The notes under the pieces were generated by a model that searched no databases, had not been told where the DNA came from, and was given only the letters and a program-made list of their open reading frames with translations. From Deltaproteobacteria bacterium (GTDB taxonomy: Bacteria > Desulfobacterota > Binatia > Bin18): a stretch of 64,000 nucleotides of DNA. The stretch spans positions 8,700 to 72,699 of the forward strand of contig VGTJ01000002.1 in assembly GCA_016874775.1 (NCBI GenBank), in the 5' to 3' direction. This document shows, in pieces, positions 1 to 10,567 of this stretch (position 1 is the stretch's first letter; each line of letters begins with the position of its first letter). The translations under genes and the position numbers were made by a program.

Positions 1-460
1 GAATACCGGAATGGACGACTTCAGCAAAATGGGCGAAATTCACCGGATCTAAAACCGCAACCAGTGAAGCAACACGCACAAGCGGGAGGACCTCTTCTTT
101 CGTCGCTTGATCAATAAGCTCAATGGGGTCGGCCAGCCCGGTCGCTTCGATGAAAATCACATCAGGTTTGTACGCAACAACATCGACTAAGGCGAGTCCT
201 AGCGTTCCTCCGATCGTGCAACAGATACAACCATTGGTCATCTCACGGACTGTGTATCCCTGCCCACGCAAGAGTTCTCCATCGATGTTCACTTCGCCAT
301 ATTCGTTCATCATGATGGCAGGCTTACGCCCATGCGCCAGGCAATAGTCAAGCAGATTTTGCAGGAGAGTGGTTTTCCCACTGCCAAGAAATCCCGAGAT
401 CAGATGGACCGGAATGCGACCACCTTCCGAAAAGACAATACGCTCTTTCACCTCGTCCAT
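1..460 (-). CDS. CobW/YjiA-family (COG0523) metal-chaperone GTPase, partial; the C-terminal part lies beyond the window start
   Basis: Reverse-strand translation from the ATG at 460 gives MDEVKERIVFSEGGRIPVHLISGFLGSGKTTLL...GCICCT. This is a P-loop GxxGxGKT followed by the CxCC motif typical of COG0523 GTPases. The ORF has no stop before position 1, so the ORF track does not list it. The plus-strand ORFs 123..347, 332..550 and 487..687 are antisense artefacts. Confidence 0.75.
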   Translation of the reverse strand, partial: MDEVKERIVFSEGGRIPVHLISGFLGSGKTTLLQNLLDYCLAHGRKPAIMMNEYGEVNIDGELLRGQGYTVREMTNGCICCTIGGTLGLALVDVVAYKPDVIFIEATGLADPIELIDQATKEEVLPLVRVASLVAVLDPVNFAHFAEVVHSGI

Positions 461-637
461 AGCCTTATGTTGTACTGCATGAAAAGATGCAAAGAAAAGT
501 GGGGCAACAGTTCTTGTTTTTCTGCTTTGTCTTTTTTCCCTACAGCATGAAGCTTGTAGCCTCATGCCTCTCTTTCCCCTTTTACCATTTTCCCTTTTCC
601 GTTATTGTTCCTCCATCCTGTTTCCAGGAGTGGTGTG

Positions 638-2794
638 GTGAACGAAGATACGCGTCCGCAAAAGTATGTGCTAGAGTCCGAAACTGAATTAACCCAACCT
701 CGACGGTTTCTCATTGACTACCAGGCAGAACTGAATCCCTCACAATACGAAGCGGCAATTACCCATAAAGGTCCGATGCTCGTGCTCGCTGGCGCGGGGA
801 GTGGGAAAACTCGCACTCTTGTCTTTCGTGTTGCCCGCATGGTTGAGGAAGGAATTGATCCCTCATCAATCCTGCTGATGACGTTTACTCGTCGTGCAGC
901 CGAGGAAATGTTGGAACGCGCGGGAGCGTTACTGGGTGCGCAGTGTGATCGTGTTACTGGTGGCACCTTTCATTCGTTTGCTAATACCGTCTTGCGTCGT
1001 TACGCGCAGCTGCTCGGGTTCGCCAATTCTTTTACCATTTTAGATCGTGGCGATTCCGAGGATGTCATTAATCTCATCCGTTCTCGTCTTGGCCTAGAGA
1101 AAAAAGAGCGCCGCTTTCCCAAAAAGCAAACGATTATGGAAATTGTCAGCCTCTCGGCCAACAAGATGTGTAGTGTGGCCGAGACCCTGGATGATCAATA
1201 TCCCCACTTATTCTCTGAACTCGAAGAGTTGCAGCAAATTGACCGGATGTATCGTCAGTATAAACACGAGCGTAGCTTGCTGGATTATGATGACCTGCTG
1301 ACGAAGTTAAATGATTTGCTGCACAGTCACACCGAAGTCGCCGATCGCTTGTCGCACAGTTTTCGGTACATCATGGTCGACGAATATCAGGACACTAATC
1401 GCCTGCAGGCGGATATTATTCGTGCCCTTGCCCACGCTCATGACAATGTCATGGCCGTTGGTGACGATGCGCAGTCGATTTACAGCTTTCGTGGTGCGAC
1501 GGTGCGCAACATTCTCGAATTTCCCAAGCTCTTCCCTGGAGCCAAGATCGTTAAACTCGAAGAGAATTATCGCAGCACCCAGCCGATTCTTGATCTCTCC
1601 AATCAAATTATTGTTGGCGCGAAAGATCAATACACCAAGAATCTCTTCACTAAACGGGATAAAGGAGTGAAGCCGGTTCTGGTTGAAGCTGAGAGCGAGC
1701 GCTATCAGTCGCGCTTTATCGCGCAGAAAATTTTGGAATTGCGAGAACAAGGCGTACCGCTGACAGAAATGGCCGTGCTCTTTCGCTCGAGTTTTCATTC
1801 GTTCGATCTCGAATTAGAGTTAGCGAAACGTAATCTGCCATTCATCAAACGTGGTGGGTTCAAGTTTATTGAAACGACGCACGTAAAAGACGTGCTCGCC
1901 CATCTACGTATTATTGCCAATCCACAAGATGCAGTATCGTGGAACCGCGTGATTCTCTTACTTGAAGGGATTGGGCCGAAAGGCGCAGAGAAAATCTTAG
2001 CACACGTAACCGCCGGGGAGAGCCCTGCCCAACAGTTGGTGACCTATCCTGGTAAAGGAGTGATTGGCGACGAGTTGCGGAGGCTGTCGGATCTTCTTAT
2101 GGAAGTGAACGCGCCAGAGTCGAAACCAGCCGAACAAATGGAAGCGGTAGTGCGATACTACCAGCCGATTCTCAAACGCAATCATCGCGATGATGCCCCC
2201 AAGCGACAGAAAGACCTTGAGCATTTTATCGCCATCACTGAACGGTATACGAGTTTGGAGAAATTACTGGCTGACATGGCGTTGGAACCACCCAACAATA
2301 GCGTGGGAGATGTGCTCGCCACCGAACGTGAAGAAGAAGGGTTGCTCACGCTTTCCACTATCCACTCGGCAAAAGGTTTGGAGTGGCACTCAGTGTTTGT
2401 TATCTGGGCGACCGAAGGACGCTTTCCGTCGTTGTACAACAAAAACGATGATGAAATCGAAGAAGAGAGGCGTCTCATGTATGTAGCCGTGACGCGCGCG
2501 AAAGAGAAGCTGTTTATTTCCTATCCCATCAATGTCTTCGACAAAGCAACTGGCATGGTGTTGAGTAAACCGTCACGTTTTCTCGACGGTCTGTCGCGCA
2601 AAATCATCGAGCCGGTCTTCTTAATGGAAGACGATGACAGTCGCGACAACGCCTGGCGCTCCAATCGTTATGAAAACGGTGGAGGTGCAAACAGCCACTT
2701 TGGCAGCGGGAATCGTTTCGGCAACAATAACCGGGTTGGTTCAAGCCGACCAAGCGGCGGCAGTTGGCAACCGCCGCGCAAACGGACGTGGTAA
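638..2794 (+). CDS. UvrD/PcrA/Rep-family ATP-dependent DNA helicase with a Gly/Asn/Arg-rich C-terminal tail
   Basis: LNPSQYEAAITHKGPMLVLAGAGSGKTRTL matches helicase motif I. The protein also has DEYQDTN (motif II) and the remaining UvrD-like motifs, over about 690 aa. The ORF opens at 605 (TTG), but the GTG at 638 sits 7 nt after AGGAG (626-630) and is the likelier start. The last ~45 aa are low complexity (NGGGANSHFGSGNRFGNNNRVGSSRPSGGSW). Confidence 0.85.
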   Translation: MNEDTRPQKYVLESETELTQPRRFLIDYQAELNPSQYEAAITHKGPMLVLAGAGSGKTRTLVFRVARMVEEGIDPSSILLMTFTRRAAEEMLERAGALLGAQCDRVTGGTFHSFANTVLRRYAQLLGFANSFTILDRGDSEDVINLIRSRLGLEKKERRFPKKQTIMEIVSLSANKMCSVAETLDDQYPHLFSELEELQQIDRMYRQYKHERSLLDYDDLLTKLNDLLHSHTEVADRLSHSFRYIMVDEYQDTNRLQADIIRALAHAHDNVMAVGDDAQSIYSFRGATVRNILEFPKLFPGAKIVKLEENYRSTQPILDLSNQIIVGAKDQYTKNLFTKRDKGVKPVLVEAESERYQSRFIAQKILELREQGVPLTEMAVLFRSSFHSFDLELELAKRNLPFIKRGGFKFIETTHVKDVLAHLRIIANPQDAVSWNRVILLLEGIGPKGAEKILAHVTAGESPAQQLVTYPGKGVIGDELRRLSDLLMEVNAPESKPAEQMEAVVRYYQPILKRNHRDDAPKRQKDLEHFIAITERYTSLEKLLADMALEPPNNSVGDVLATEREEEGLLTLSTIHSAKGLEWHSVFVIWATEGRFPSLYNKNDDEIEEERRLMYVAVTRAKEKLFISYPINVFDKATGMVLSKPSRFLDGLSRKIIEPVFLMEDDDSRDNAWRSNRYENGGGANSHFGSGNRFGNNNRVGSSRPSGGSWQPPRKRTW

Positions 2795-2851
2795 TACAAC
2801 TTTAGAGTACAACCATTCGCCGATTCTCGATCCCGTTGCACTCCATCGAGG

Positions 2852-3676
2852 CTATATTGTCACAACCGATGCTCGCTGGGCATGCTGTTCCAGGAACGGA
2901 CGTAGCGCAGATTTGAACGCTTCGGGTTTTTCGATGTTGGTGAGATGTCCGGCTTGCGGGATTGTGACTAACTCTGCGCCACGAATATTGGCAACCAGAA
3001 AATCTGACGCTGGTGGTGGCGTGACGACATCTTCATCGCCGACAATAACCAAGGTCGGCACGGTGATCTTGGGCAACACCGAGCGGAAGTCGGTGGTAAC
3101 AATCGCATGTAGCGCTTGTTTGTACGGACCGGCTCGTAACGCAGAAAGTGAGGCGATAAGCTTCGCTCTTGCAGCTTCAGAGGCGCTTTTCCCCGCCAAG
3201 ACTTGTACGACACCAGGAGCGATATCTGCGGGAGTCATGCCCTTTTCTAGTGGATCGAGTCGACGAGCAAGGAAGTCGCGTTTGGCTTCTTCTGAGGCAA
3301 CACCAAAGCCCGCAGAGGTATCAACTAGTGATAACGTCGCGACCCGTTGTGAATAGCGATCATAGAAATCTTGGATAATCATCCCGCCCATCGACAAGCC
3401 AACCAGATGAGCGCGTTCAGCTTTGAAGTGATCCAGTAGACGATTGAGATCATCGGCATAATCGCTGAATTTCAAGGTTTGCGGAGGATCATCACTCGCG
3501 CCATAGCCACGTGCATCCCACGTCACTGCACAAAAGCGATCACCAAATTGATCAAGCTGTTCATACCAATTGGTACGATTCCCACCGATGCCGTGCAGAA
3601 ACACAACTAGCGGGCCGTTGCCGTGCTTTTCATAGGCTATCGATACAGGACCAGCGGTACGTTGTACTTGGCGCAT
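2852..3676 (-). CDS. alpha/beta-fold hydrolase (3-oxoadipate enol-lactonase-like)
   Basis: VVFLHGIGGNRTNW and the GLSMGG nucleophile elbow are present, and the length is 274 aa. A perfect RBS AAGGAGG precedes the ATG at 3676 on the minus strand. Confidence 0.8.
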   Translation of the reverse strand: MRQVQRTAGPVSIAYEKHGNGPLVVFLHGIGGNRTNWYEQLDQFGDRFCAVTWDARGYGASDDPPQTLKFSDYADDLNRLLDHFKAERAHLVGLSMGGMIIQDFYDRYSQRVATLSLVDTSAGFGVASEEAKRDFLARRLDPLEKGMTPADIAPGVVQVLAGKSASEAARAKLIASLSALRAGPYKQALHAIVTTDFRSVLPKITVPTLVIVGDEDVVTPPPASDFLVANIRGAELVTIPQAGHLTNIEKPEAFKSALRPFLEQHAQRASVVTI

Positions 3677-3773
3677 AGGGCCTCCTTTTTTCGTGGTGCG
3701 TCACGTATGTTGCGTATTGCGTGTTACGTGGACGATAAGACGCAACACGAATCACGCAACACGTTTCACGTTT

Positions 3774-5492
3774 TTACATCGTTTCCACCGTCTCAATCCC
3801 CAACAACTCTAGTCCTTTCTTAATGTAACGTGCCGTGAGATCGCAGAGGAGCAGCCGGGTAGGACGGACATCATCTGGAGCTTTGAGCACTGGGTGGGCT
3901 TGGTAGAACAAGTTGAACTTCGTCGCCAAGTCGAACAGGAAACCAGCGAGCATATTGGGCTTATAGGTACGCTCGACTTCCAGGAGTGTATCGCCAAAGC
4001 GGATCATCTGTTTGGCGAGGTCGAGTTCTTCTGGTGCGGTCAGTCGGACTTCCGTGTTCGGTTCTGGTTGCCATTGTTCAAGCTCGCCTCTGCGGAAGAT
4101 CGAGCGAATACGTGCGTAGACGTATTGCAGATACGGTGCGGTATTGCCTTCCAAGGCAAGCATCTTATCCCAACTAAAGCGATAATCAGCCGTGCGGTTC
4201 TGCATGAGGTCGGCGTACTTCACTGCACCGATACCAACCACACGGGCGATATGCGCTTGCTCTTCTTCCGACAGGCTGGGGTTTTTGTCGCGCACGACGG
4301 CCCGAGCACGCTCCTCTGCTTCATCAAGTAAGGCTTCGAGTTTGATTGGTTCACCTTCACGGGTTTTGATTGGCCTTCCGTCTTCACCCAAAATCGTCCC
4401 GAAGCCGACGTGTTCTAAGGTCATCGAGTAGCCCCAGCGTTTGGCGGCAGCAAAGAGCTGGCGGAAATGGAGTTGCTGGCGGCTATCGACAACATAGATA
4501 ATGCGATCAGGGTGAAAATTGTCCGCGCGGTATTTGATGGTCGCTAGATCGGTAGTGGCATAGAGAAAGGCCCCGTCTTGTTTCTGGATGAGAAAAGGCG
4601 TGCCGCTCAGTTCCGGGTCATCCGCATAGAAAATGCACATCGCGCCCTCACTGGGCTGGGCTAAGCCTTTGGCTTGTAAGTCTTGCACCACTTCTGGCAA
4701 AAGTGGATTGTAAAAGCTCTCCCCTAGCCAGTGATCAAATCGAATATGTAACCGTCCATAGACTCGCTCGAACACGGTACGCGAGACGGTAGAGAACTCT
4801 TTCCACAACGCCAGGTTGTCGGAATCGCCTTTTTGCAACTTTGCCAATTCTTCACGTGCTTGCTGAGCAACGGCTGGGTCAGCCTTGGCTTTCGCCTGAA
4901 TAGTTTTGTACACCCGTTCGAGTTCGGCGATCGGATCGCGTTCATAGGCCGCACGATCAAGCACGGTGCGATAACCAACGATCAACATGCCAAACTGAGT
5001 TCCCCAATCGCCCACATGATTATCAGTTACTACCCGATGACCAAGAAACGCAAACGTTTTTGCCAGTGCATCACCAATGATGGTCGAGCGAATATGACCA
5101 ACATGCATCGGCTTGGCAGTGTTCGGAGCACTGAAGTCAACGACAATCGTTTCTGAGTGAGCTGCTCGTTCGATCCCAAGGCGTTCATCTAAAGCTGTGG
5201 CGAACACCGTACGCTCAAGCCAGTGCGGATCAAGACGAAAGTTGATGAACCCAGGGCCAGCAATTTCGCAGGTGGCTGGTAATTCAGTCGGATGAAATGC
5301 AGCAATGACTTTCTGGGCCAATTCGCGCGGATTGACCTTGCGCGCTTTAGCAACGGCCATCACTCCGTTGGCTTGGTAGTCGCCAAACTGGGCATTGGCT
5401 GTGGGTTGAACTAAGGCTGGAGCGGACATGCCACTGGCAACTGCCAGTGCCGCCGAGGTTTTCTCCTCTAATAACTGGGTAATGGTTGGCAT
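3774..5492 (-). CDS. argS: arginine--tRNA ligase
   Basis: PNTAKPMHVGHIRSTIIGD is the class I HIGH region. The N-terminus MPTITQLLEEK...FGDYQANGVMAVAK and the C-terminal ...LGIETVETM are both typical of ArgS. The track ORF starts at 5603, but the first 37 codons are a non-homologous extension, so the true start is the ATG at 5492. Confidence 0.9.
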   Translation of the reverse strand: MPTITQLLEEKTSAALAVASGMSAPALVQPTANAQFGDYQANGVMAVAKARKVNPRELAQKVIAAFHPTELPATCEIAGPGFINFRLDPHWLERTVFATALDERLGIERAAHSETIVVDFSAPNTAKPMHVGHIRSTIIGDALAKTFAFLGHRVVTDNHVGDWGTQFGMLIVGYRTVLDRAAYERDPIAELERVYKTIQAKAKADPAVAQQAREELAKLQKGDSDNLALWKEFSTVSRTVFERVYGRLHIRFDHWLGESFYNPLLPEVVQDLQAKGLAQPSEGAMCIFYADDPELSGTPFLIQKQDGAFLYATTDLATIKYRADNFHPDRIIYVVDSRQQLHFRQLFAAAKRWGYSMTLEHVGFGTILGEDGRPIKTREGEPIKLEALLDEAEERARAVVRDKNPSLSEEEQAHIARVVGIGAVKYADLMQNRTADYRFSWDKMLALEGNTAPYLQYVYARIRSIFRRGELEQWQPEPNTEVRLTAPEELDLAKQMIRFGDTLLEVERTYKPNMLAGFLFDLATKFNLFYQAHPVLKAPDDVRPTRLLLCDLTARYIKKGLELLGIETVETM

Positions 5493-5657
5493 TATACAAA
5501 CTCTCAATCGTTTTAAGGTCAGGTCCACAGCTTTCAGGACAAGAGTACGAGAGTCAATAGATGGGAAAAACGAAGACACCAGCGTTTCTAGACACCCCAC
5601 CACTTCATGCTTAAATAGAGGCGGGACTATTCCTCAGAAGAAAAGGCAACAGGCACG

Positions 5658-6800
5658 ATGGGCGAAGGACTCGCAGGGAGAGATCTCTTGCAACAGTGGC
5701 GATATTGGCTTGCTCTTCGGTTGGTCCGTGGAGTAGGGAACGTCACATATCGCGAACTTCTTGAACGTTTTCAATCACCTGAAGTAATTTTGCGGACACC
5801 GGCTTCCGCACTGATCGATGCCGGCATTCACTCGACAGTTGCCCAGGCTATTGCCACCTTCGACCAATGGAAAACTGTTGATACCGAGCTGCAAAAACTT
5901 TCGCGGACCAACATACGGCTCGTAACCCGAGCCGATGATGCATATCCAATCAACTTGACCCATCTCCATGATCCTCCACCGTTCCCCTATATTGCTGGAG
6001 AACTGCTCCCAACCGATCGTTTAGCGATTGCAATTGTCGGATCACGATCTGCAAGCACTTATGGCAAAACAGTTGCCCGTGACTTGGCTCGTGGTTTGGT
6101 AGAAAAGGGTGTAACCGTCGTCAGTGGCTTAGCTCGTGGCATCGATGCCGAGGCACACCGTGCAACTCTCACCGTTGGCGGGAGAACATTCGCGGTATTG
6201 GGCTCGGGCGTTGATGTCATTTATCCCAGTGAACATCGAAGCCTCGCGCAGGAAGTGACAAAAAATGGAGCACTGATCTCCGAGTTTGCCCTGGGTAGTA
6301 AACCTGATGCCATGAATTTTCCTTATCGTAATCGGGTAATTAGCGGGCTGACGTTGGGGACGGTCGTAGTTGAAGCAGCGGAAAAGAGCGGATCACTGAT
6401 CACAGCACGTTGCGCATTGGAACAAAATCGGGAAGTATTTGCGGTACCGGGAAGTGTGACGTCAGATCGCAGCCGGGGACCGCACCGGTTGATTAAGGAA
6501 GGAGCAAAGCTAGTTGAAGGGGTAGAAGATATTTTGTCTGAAATTGCGCCCTCGCTTGTTTCTACTCCTGCGGCTCCGGTGACTCCGCCGCTACAACTTG
6601 AACCGCACGAAAAACAATTGATAGACTTGTTGAGGGATGATTCACTACATGTCGATGTGTTGATTAGTAAAAGTGGCTTGGGGGCCGCACGCGTGCTTGA
6701 GATTCTCCTCGCGTTAGAGCTAAAGGGTGGAGTAACGCAACTACCGGGAATGCATTTTGCGCTTGCCGGTACGCTCTTCAGTACAAAACAGAAAAGGTAG
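5658..6800 (+). CDS. dprA: DNA-processing protein DprA (Smf)
   Basis: VVSGLARGIDAEAHRATL and GSGVDVIYPSEH form the DprA Rossmann-like domain, and there is a C-terminal winged-helix region. The gene sits directly upstream of topA, which is the classic synteny. Confidence 0.85.
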   Translation: MGEGLAGRDLLQQWRYWLALRLVRGVGNVTYRELLERFQSPEVILRTPASALIDAGIHSTVAQAIATFDQWKTVDTELQKLSRTNIRLVTRADDAYPINLTHLHDPPPFPYIAGELLPTDRLAIAIVGSRSASTYGKTVARDLARGLVEKGVTVVSGLARGIDAEAHRATLTVGGRTFAVLGSGVDVIYPSEHRSLAQEVTKNGALISEFALGSKPDAMNFPYRNRVISGLTLGTVVVEAAEKSGSLITARCALEQNREVFAVPGSVTSDRSRGPHRLIKEGAKLVEGVEDILSEIAPSLVSTPAAPVTPPLQLEPHEKQLIDLLRDDSLHVDVLISKSGLGAARVLEILLALELKGGVTQLPGMHFALAGTLFSTKQKR

Positions 6801-6805
6801 TTGGG

Positions 6806-9118
6806 ATGGCAAAGAATCTGGTGATCGTTGAATCTCCGGCCAAAGCCAAGACCCTTGGGAAATACTTGGGCCGGAACTATCAAGTGAAAGCGTCAGTCGG
6901 GCACGTCGTTGACTTACCCAAGAGTAAGCTTGGCGTCGATGTCGAAAAAGGATTTGCTGCCGAATATCAAGTCATCAAGGGCAAGTCGAAAATCATCGAC
7001 GACCTGAAAAAGGCAGCAAAAGACAAAGAACACATATACCTTGCCTCGGATCCTGATCGTGAAGGTGAAGCAATCGCCTGGCATATCGCTGAGAAGCTCG
7101 ACAAAAAAGGTAAAAAGATTCACCGAGTGCTGCTGAACGAAATCACCAAAAAAGCCGTTCAGGAAGCCATTCAGAACCCAACCGATCTCAATCGTGACCG
7201 TTACGAAGCTCAGGCGACTCGTCGCATTTTGGACCGCCTCGTTGGATACCAAATCAGTCCGTTATTGTGGAAGAAAGTGCGACGCGGGCTTTCCGCTGGG
7301 CGCGTTCAGTCAGTCGCTGTCCGCATCATCACAGAACGAGAGCGCGAGATTCAAGCCTTCGTACCAGAAGAATACTGGTCGATTATCGCTAACCTCGAAG
7401 GGAAGGACCCACCGCCATTTGAAGCACGACTCGCAAAAGTTGCCGATAAACGCGTTGATAATAAAACCTTCCGTATTGGCAATGAGGCTGAGGCCAAAGA
7501 GATTCTCGAACATCTCGATAAAGCCGACTGGATTGTCAACAAGGTCGAAAAGCGCGACCGGCGACGCAACCCTGCACCTCCGTTTATCACCTCCCGATTG
7601 CAACAGGAGGCATCACGCAAACTTGGCTATTCTCCCAGCCGCACGATGGGAATCGCGCAACGACTCTATATGGGCGTCGAACTCGGAGACCAAGGCTCAG
7701 TCGGTTTGATTACCTACATGCGGACCGATTCACCACGGATTGCGCCGGAAATGATGACAGCCGCCCGAGGCTACATCAACGAGACATATGGTGAACAGTA
7801 CGTTCCAGAGAAGCCAAACACCTATCGTTCCTCTAAGAGTGCCCAGGAGGCCCATGAAGCCATTCGGCCAACGTCTTTAGAAAACACGCCAGAAAAAGTC
7901 GCACCGTACCTCAGCCGTGAAGAACTCAATTTGTATACATTGATCTGGAACCGTTTCATGGCTAGCCAGATGCCCCCTGCCCTGTTCGAGCAGACTAGCG
8001 CCGACATCGCAGCCAATGCTTGTACGTTCCGAGCCAGCGGACAAGTCATGCGCTTTGATGGGTTTCTGCGAGTGTACATGGAAGGCAGAGACGACAAAGC
8101 TGCCGATGACGACGATGACGACGAAAAGCAGCTTCCCCCTCTGAAGGAAGGGGACCGTCTACAATTATTGAAGCTGACGCCGAATCAGCATTTTACGCAG
8201 CCCCCGCCGCGCTTCACTCAAGCGACACTGATCAAAGAATTGGAAGAAAAAGGCATTGGACGACCGTCAACCTATGCCTCAATCGTGGGCACGATTATCA
8301 ACAAGGATTATGTCGAAGAAGACGAACAACGTCGCTTGCGCCCTACAAACCTCGGGATGCTCGTCACTGACCTCCTGGTCGAATCCTTCCCTGACATCCT
8401 CAATGCTGAATTCACCGCTGGCATGGAAGAAGTCCTCGACAAGATCGAAGACGGCCAGGAGGACTGGAAGAAGGCGATGGAACGGTTCTATCAGCCGTTC
8501 TCGGCTGATCTCGAACGTGCCGAAAAAGAAATGCGTGACGTCAAAGGGACAGGGGAAATGACCGATATCGCCTGTCCAAAGTGTGAAGATGGCAAGATGG
8601 CGATTCGCTGGGGCCGCAATGGAGAATTCCTCGCCTGCTCCAATTATCCCGAGTGTAAATCGACGAGCAACTTCACTCGTGACGACCAGGGCAACGTCAC
8701 TCCAACGAAGGAAGAAGAAGAAGCAACCAACGAAGTGTGCGAAAAATGCGGCAAACCTATGCAAGTGCGGTTTAGTCGTTACGGCAAATTCCTTGGTTGC
8801 TCTGGCTATCCGGAATGTAAGAACATCAAGAAAACTGGACAGGCTGCACCTATCTCTCTCGGAGTGACCTGTCCGGACTGCAATGAAGGCGACATCCAGC
8901 AAAAACGTTCACGACGAGGCAAGACCTTCTATAGTTGTAGTCGTTACCCCAAATGCGCATTTGCACTCTGGGATCGTCCGATTTCTGAACCCTGTCCGCA
9001 ATGCCAGGCGCCCTTCATCGTCGAGAAAACCACCAAACGTACAGGTACCACTCGGCGCTGTTTCCGTGAAGAGTGCGATTATCAAGAGGTAGTAGAACCG
9101 ATCGCGGAAGCAGGATAA
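6806..9118 (+). CDS. topA: DNA topoisomerase I
   Basis: MAKNLVIVESPAKAKTLGKYLG is the Toprim N-terminus. The Tyr active-site region and the C-terminal tandem Cys4 zinc ribbons (CPKCEDGKM..., CEKCGKPMQ..., CPDC..., CPQC...) are present. Confidence 0.95.
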   Translation: MAKNLVIVESPAKAKTLGKYLGRNYQVKASVGHVVDLPKSKLGVDVEKGFAAEYQVIKGKSKIIDDLKKAAKDKEHIYLASDPDREGEAIAWHIAEKLDKKGKKIHRVLLNEITKKAVQEAIQNPTDLNRDRYEAQATRRILDRLVGYQISPLLWKKVRRGLSAGRVQSVAVRIITEREREIQAFVPEEYWSIIANLEGKDPPPFEARLAKVADKRVDNKTFRIGNEAEAKEILEHLDKADWIVNKVEKRDRRRNPAPPFITSRLQQEASRKLGYSPSRTMGIAQRLYMGVELGDQGSVGLITYMRTDSPRIAPEMMTAARGYINETYGEQYVPEKPNTYRSSKSAQEAHEAIRPTSLENTPEKVAPYLSREELNLYTLIWNRFMASQMPPALFEQTSADIAANACTFRASGQVMRFDGFLRVYMEGRDDKAADDDDDDEKQLPPLKEGDRLQLLKLTPNQHFTQPPPRFTQATLIKELEEKGIGRPSTYASIVGTIINKDYVEEDEQRRLRPTNLGMLVTDLLVESFPDILNAEFTAGMEEVLDKIEDGQEDWKKAMERFYQPFSADLERAEKEMRDVKGTGEMTDIACPKCEDGKMAIRWGRNGEFLACSNYPECKSTSNFTRDDQGNVTPTKEEEEATNEVCEKCGKPMQVRFSRYGKFLGCSGYPECKNIKKTGQAAPISLGVTCPDCNEGDIQQKRSRRGKTFYSCSRYPKCAFALWDRPISEPCPQCQAPFIVEKTTKRTGTTRRCFREECDYQEVVEPIAEAG

Positions 9119-9202
9119 GGACAGAGCTGAGAAAAAACGTGATGCGTAAAATGTAACCTCTCCCTCCTCTTTTTACGTTTTACGATTTACGTTTTACGGA
9201 TT

Positions 9203-10567
9203 ATGCAATCAGTTACTGTCATTGGCGCTGGCTTAGCTGGTAGTGAGGCCGCTTGGCAACTTGCTCGCCGCGGTGTTGCGGCACGCCTCTATGAGATGCG
9301 CCCAGTGCGGGCAACTGAAGCGCATCACACCGACAGTTTTGCCGAATTGGTGTGTTCTAATTCACTGCGCAGTGCCTCGCTCGATACCGCGATTGGCCTG
9401 TTGAAAGAGGAAATGCGCCGGTTAGATTCGCTGGTCATGGCGGCCGCAGATGTCGCGCGGGTCCCGGCAGGAAGCGCGTTGGCAGTCGATCGCACGATCT
9501 TCTCGCAGTATATCACCGAGGCGTTAAGCCAACATCCACAGATTGAGATTCGTCGCGAAGAAGTACGCACACTGCCCAGTGAGGTCACTATCGTTGCGAG
9601 CGGCCCATTAACTTCTCCTGCGCTCTCGTCCCAACTCCGAGATTTATTCGGCAGTGAGTATCTGTACTTCTACGATGCTATTGCACCCGTAGTTACAACT
9701 GAGTCGATTAACACTGCTGTGGCATTTCGTGCGTCACGCTATGATCACGGCGACGACTATTTTAACTGCCCGCTCACACGCGAAGAATATTATCATTTTA
9801 TCGATCAACTGCTTGCCGCTGAAAAAGTCGCGGAAAAAGACTTTGAACGAGCGATCTATTTCGAAGGGTGTTTACCGATCGAGGAAATGGCTCGACGAGG
9901 GAAGGATACGCTTGCGTTTGGGCCGATGAAGCCTGTGGGGCTCACCGATCCTCGGACTGGTAACCGCCCCTACGCAGTCGTGCAACTACGGCAGGATGAC
10001 CGCGCGGGAACATTATGGAATCTCGTCGGATTTCAAACCAAGATGACGTACCCAGAGCAACGGCGAGTGTTTCGTATGATTTCCGGTCTAGAGAAAGCCG
10101 AGTTTGTTCGCCTAGGAAGTCTTCATCGCAATACGTTTATCGATTCGCCACGATTGTTGTTACCAACCTTACAGTTTAAGGACCGTCACAACCTGTTCTT
10201 TGCCGGGCAGATGATCGGGGTCGAAGGATACCTGGAATCTGCGGCTGCCGGATTGTTGGCAGGACTGAACGCTGGACGACTTGTGCAAGGACTCCCGCTA
10301 CGTACTGCGCCACCGACAACCGCTCTCGGTTCGCTGATCACCTATATTTCCAGTGATGAACGCCGCGATTTTCAACCGATGAATGCCAACTATGGGCTGT
10401 TTCCTCCACTCGAACGCCACATGCGTGGACGCGAGAAAAAAGCGGCATTGGCTGAGCGTGCCCTGCGCGACCTCACGATTTGGCAAACAACCTTGGCAAA
10501 AGATTCTCTGTCTGCAGTTCCTCCTCAGTCCGCAACCGCTAACCCACAATGGTCGAAGCCACTATGA
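9203..10567 (+). CDS. trmFO: methylenetetrahydrofolate--tRNA-(uracil-5-)-methyltransferase TrmFO (Gid)
   Basis: [21 protein letters not shown]...[17 protein letters not shown] is the FAD-binding TrmFO signature. It lies downstream of dprA-topA as in many genomes. Confidence 0.9.
   Translation: MQSVTVIGAGLAGSEAAWQLARRGVAARLYEMRPVRATEAHHTDSFAELVCSNSLRSASLDTAIGLLKEEMRRLDSLVMAAADVARVPAGSALAVDRTIFSQYITEALSQHPQIEIRREEVRTLPSEVTIVASGPLTSPALSSQLRDLFGSEYLYFYDAIAPVVTTESINTAVAFRASRYDHGDDYFNCPLTREEYYHFIDQLLAAEKVAEKDFERAIYFEGCLPIEEMARRGKDTLAFGPMKPVGLTDPRTGNRPYAVVQLRQDDRAGTLWNLVGFQTKMTYPEQRRVFRMISGLEKAEFVRLGSLHRNTFIDSPRLLLPTLQFKDRHNLFFAGQMIGVEGYLESAAAGLLAGLNAGRLVQGLPLRTAPPTTALGSLITYISSDERRDFQPMNANYGLFPPLERHMRGREKKAALAERALRDLTIWQTTLAKDSLSAVPPQSATANPQWSKPL

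Noticed and set aside
123-687. Three short plus-strand ORFs at the window start
   Set aside because: They are antisense to, or just upstream of, the CobW-like GTPase gene. None has an RBS or recognisable product.
2634-3356. 240-aa plus-strand ORF overlapping the helicase tail and the alpha/beta hydrolase
   Set aside because: It is antisense to the well-supported hydrolase gene. Its 5' part is a frame-shifted reading of the helicase low-complexity tail. It has no start context.
5428-5736. 102-aa ORF spanning the argS start and dprA start
   Set aside because: It overlaps two well-supported genes and their intergenic promoter region. Its composition is arbitrary.
7194-8902. Several 90-200-aa ORFs on both strands inside topA
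   Set aside because: The topA reading frame is continuous and homologous end to end. These are shadow ORFs.
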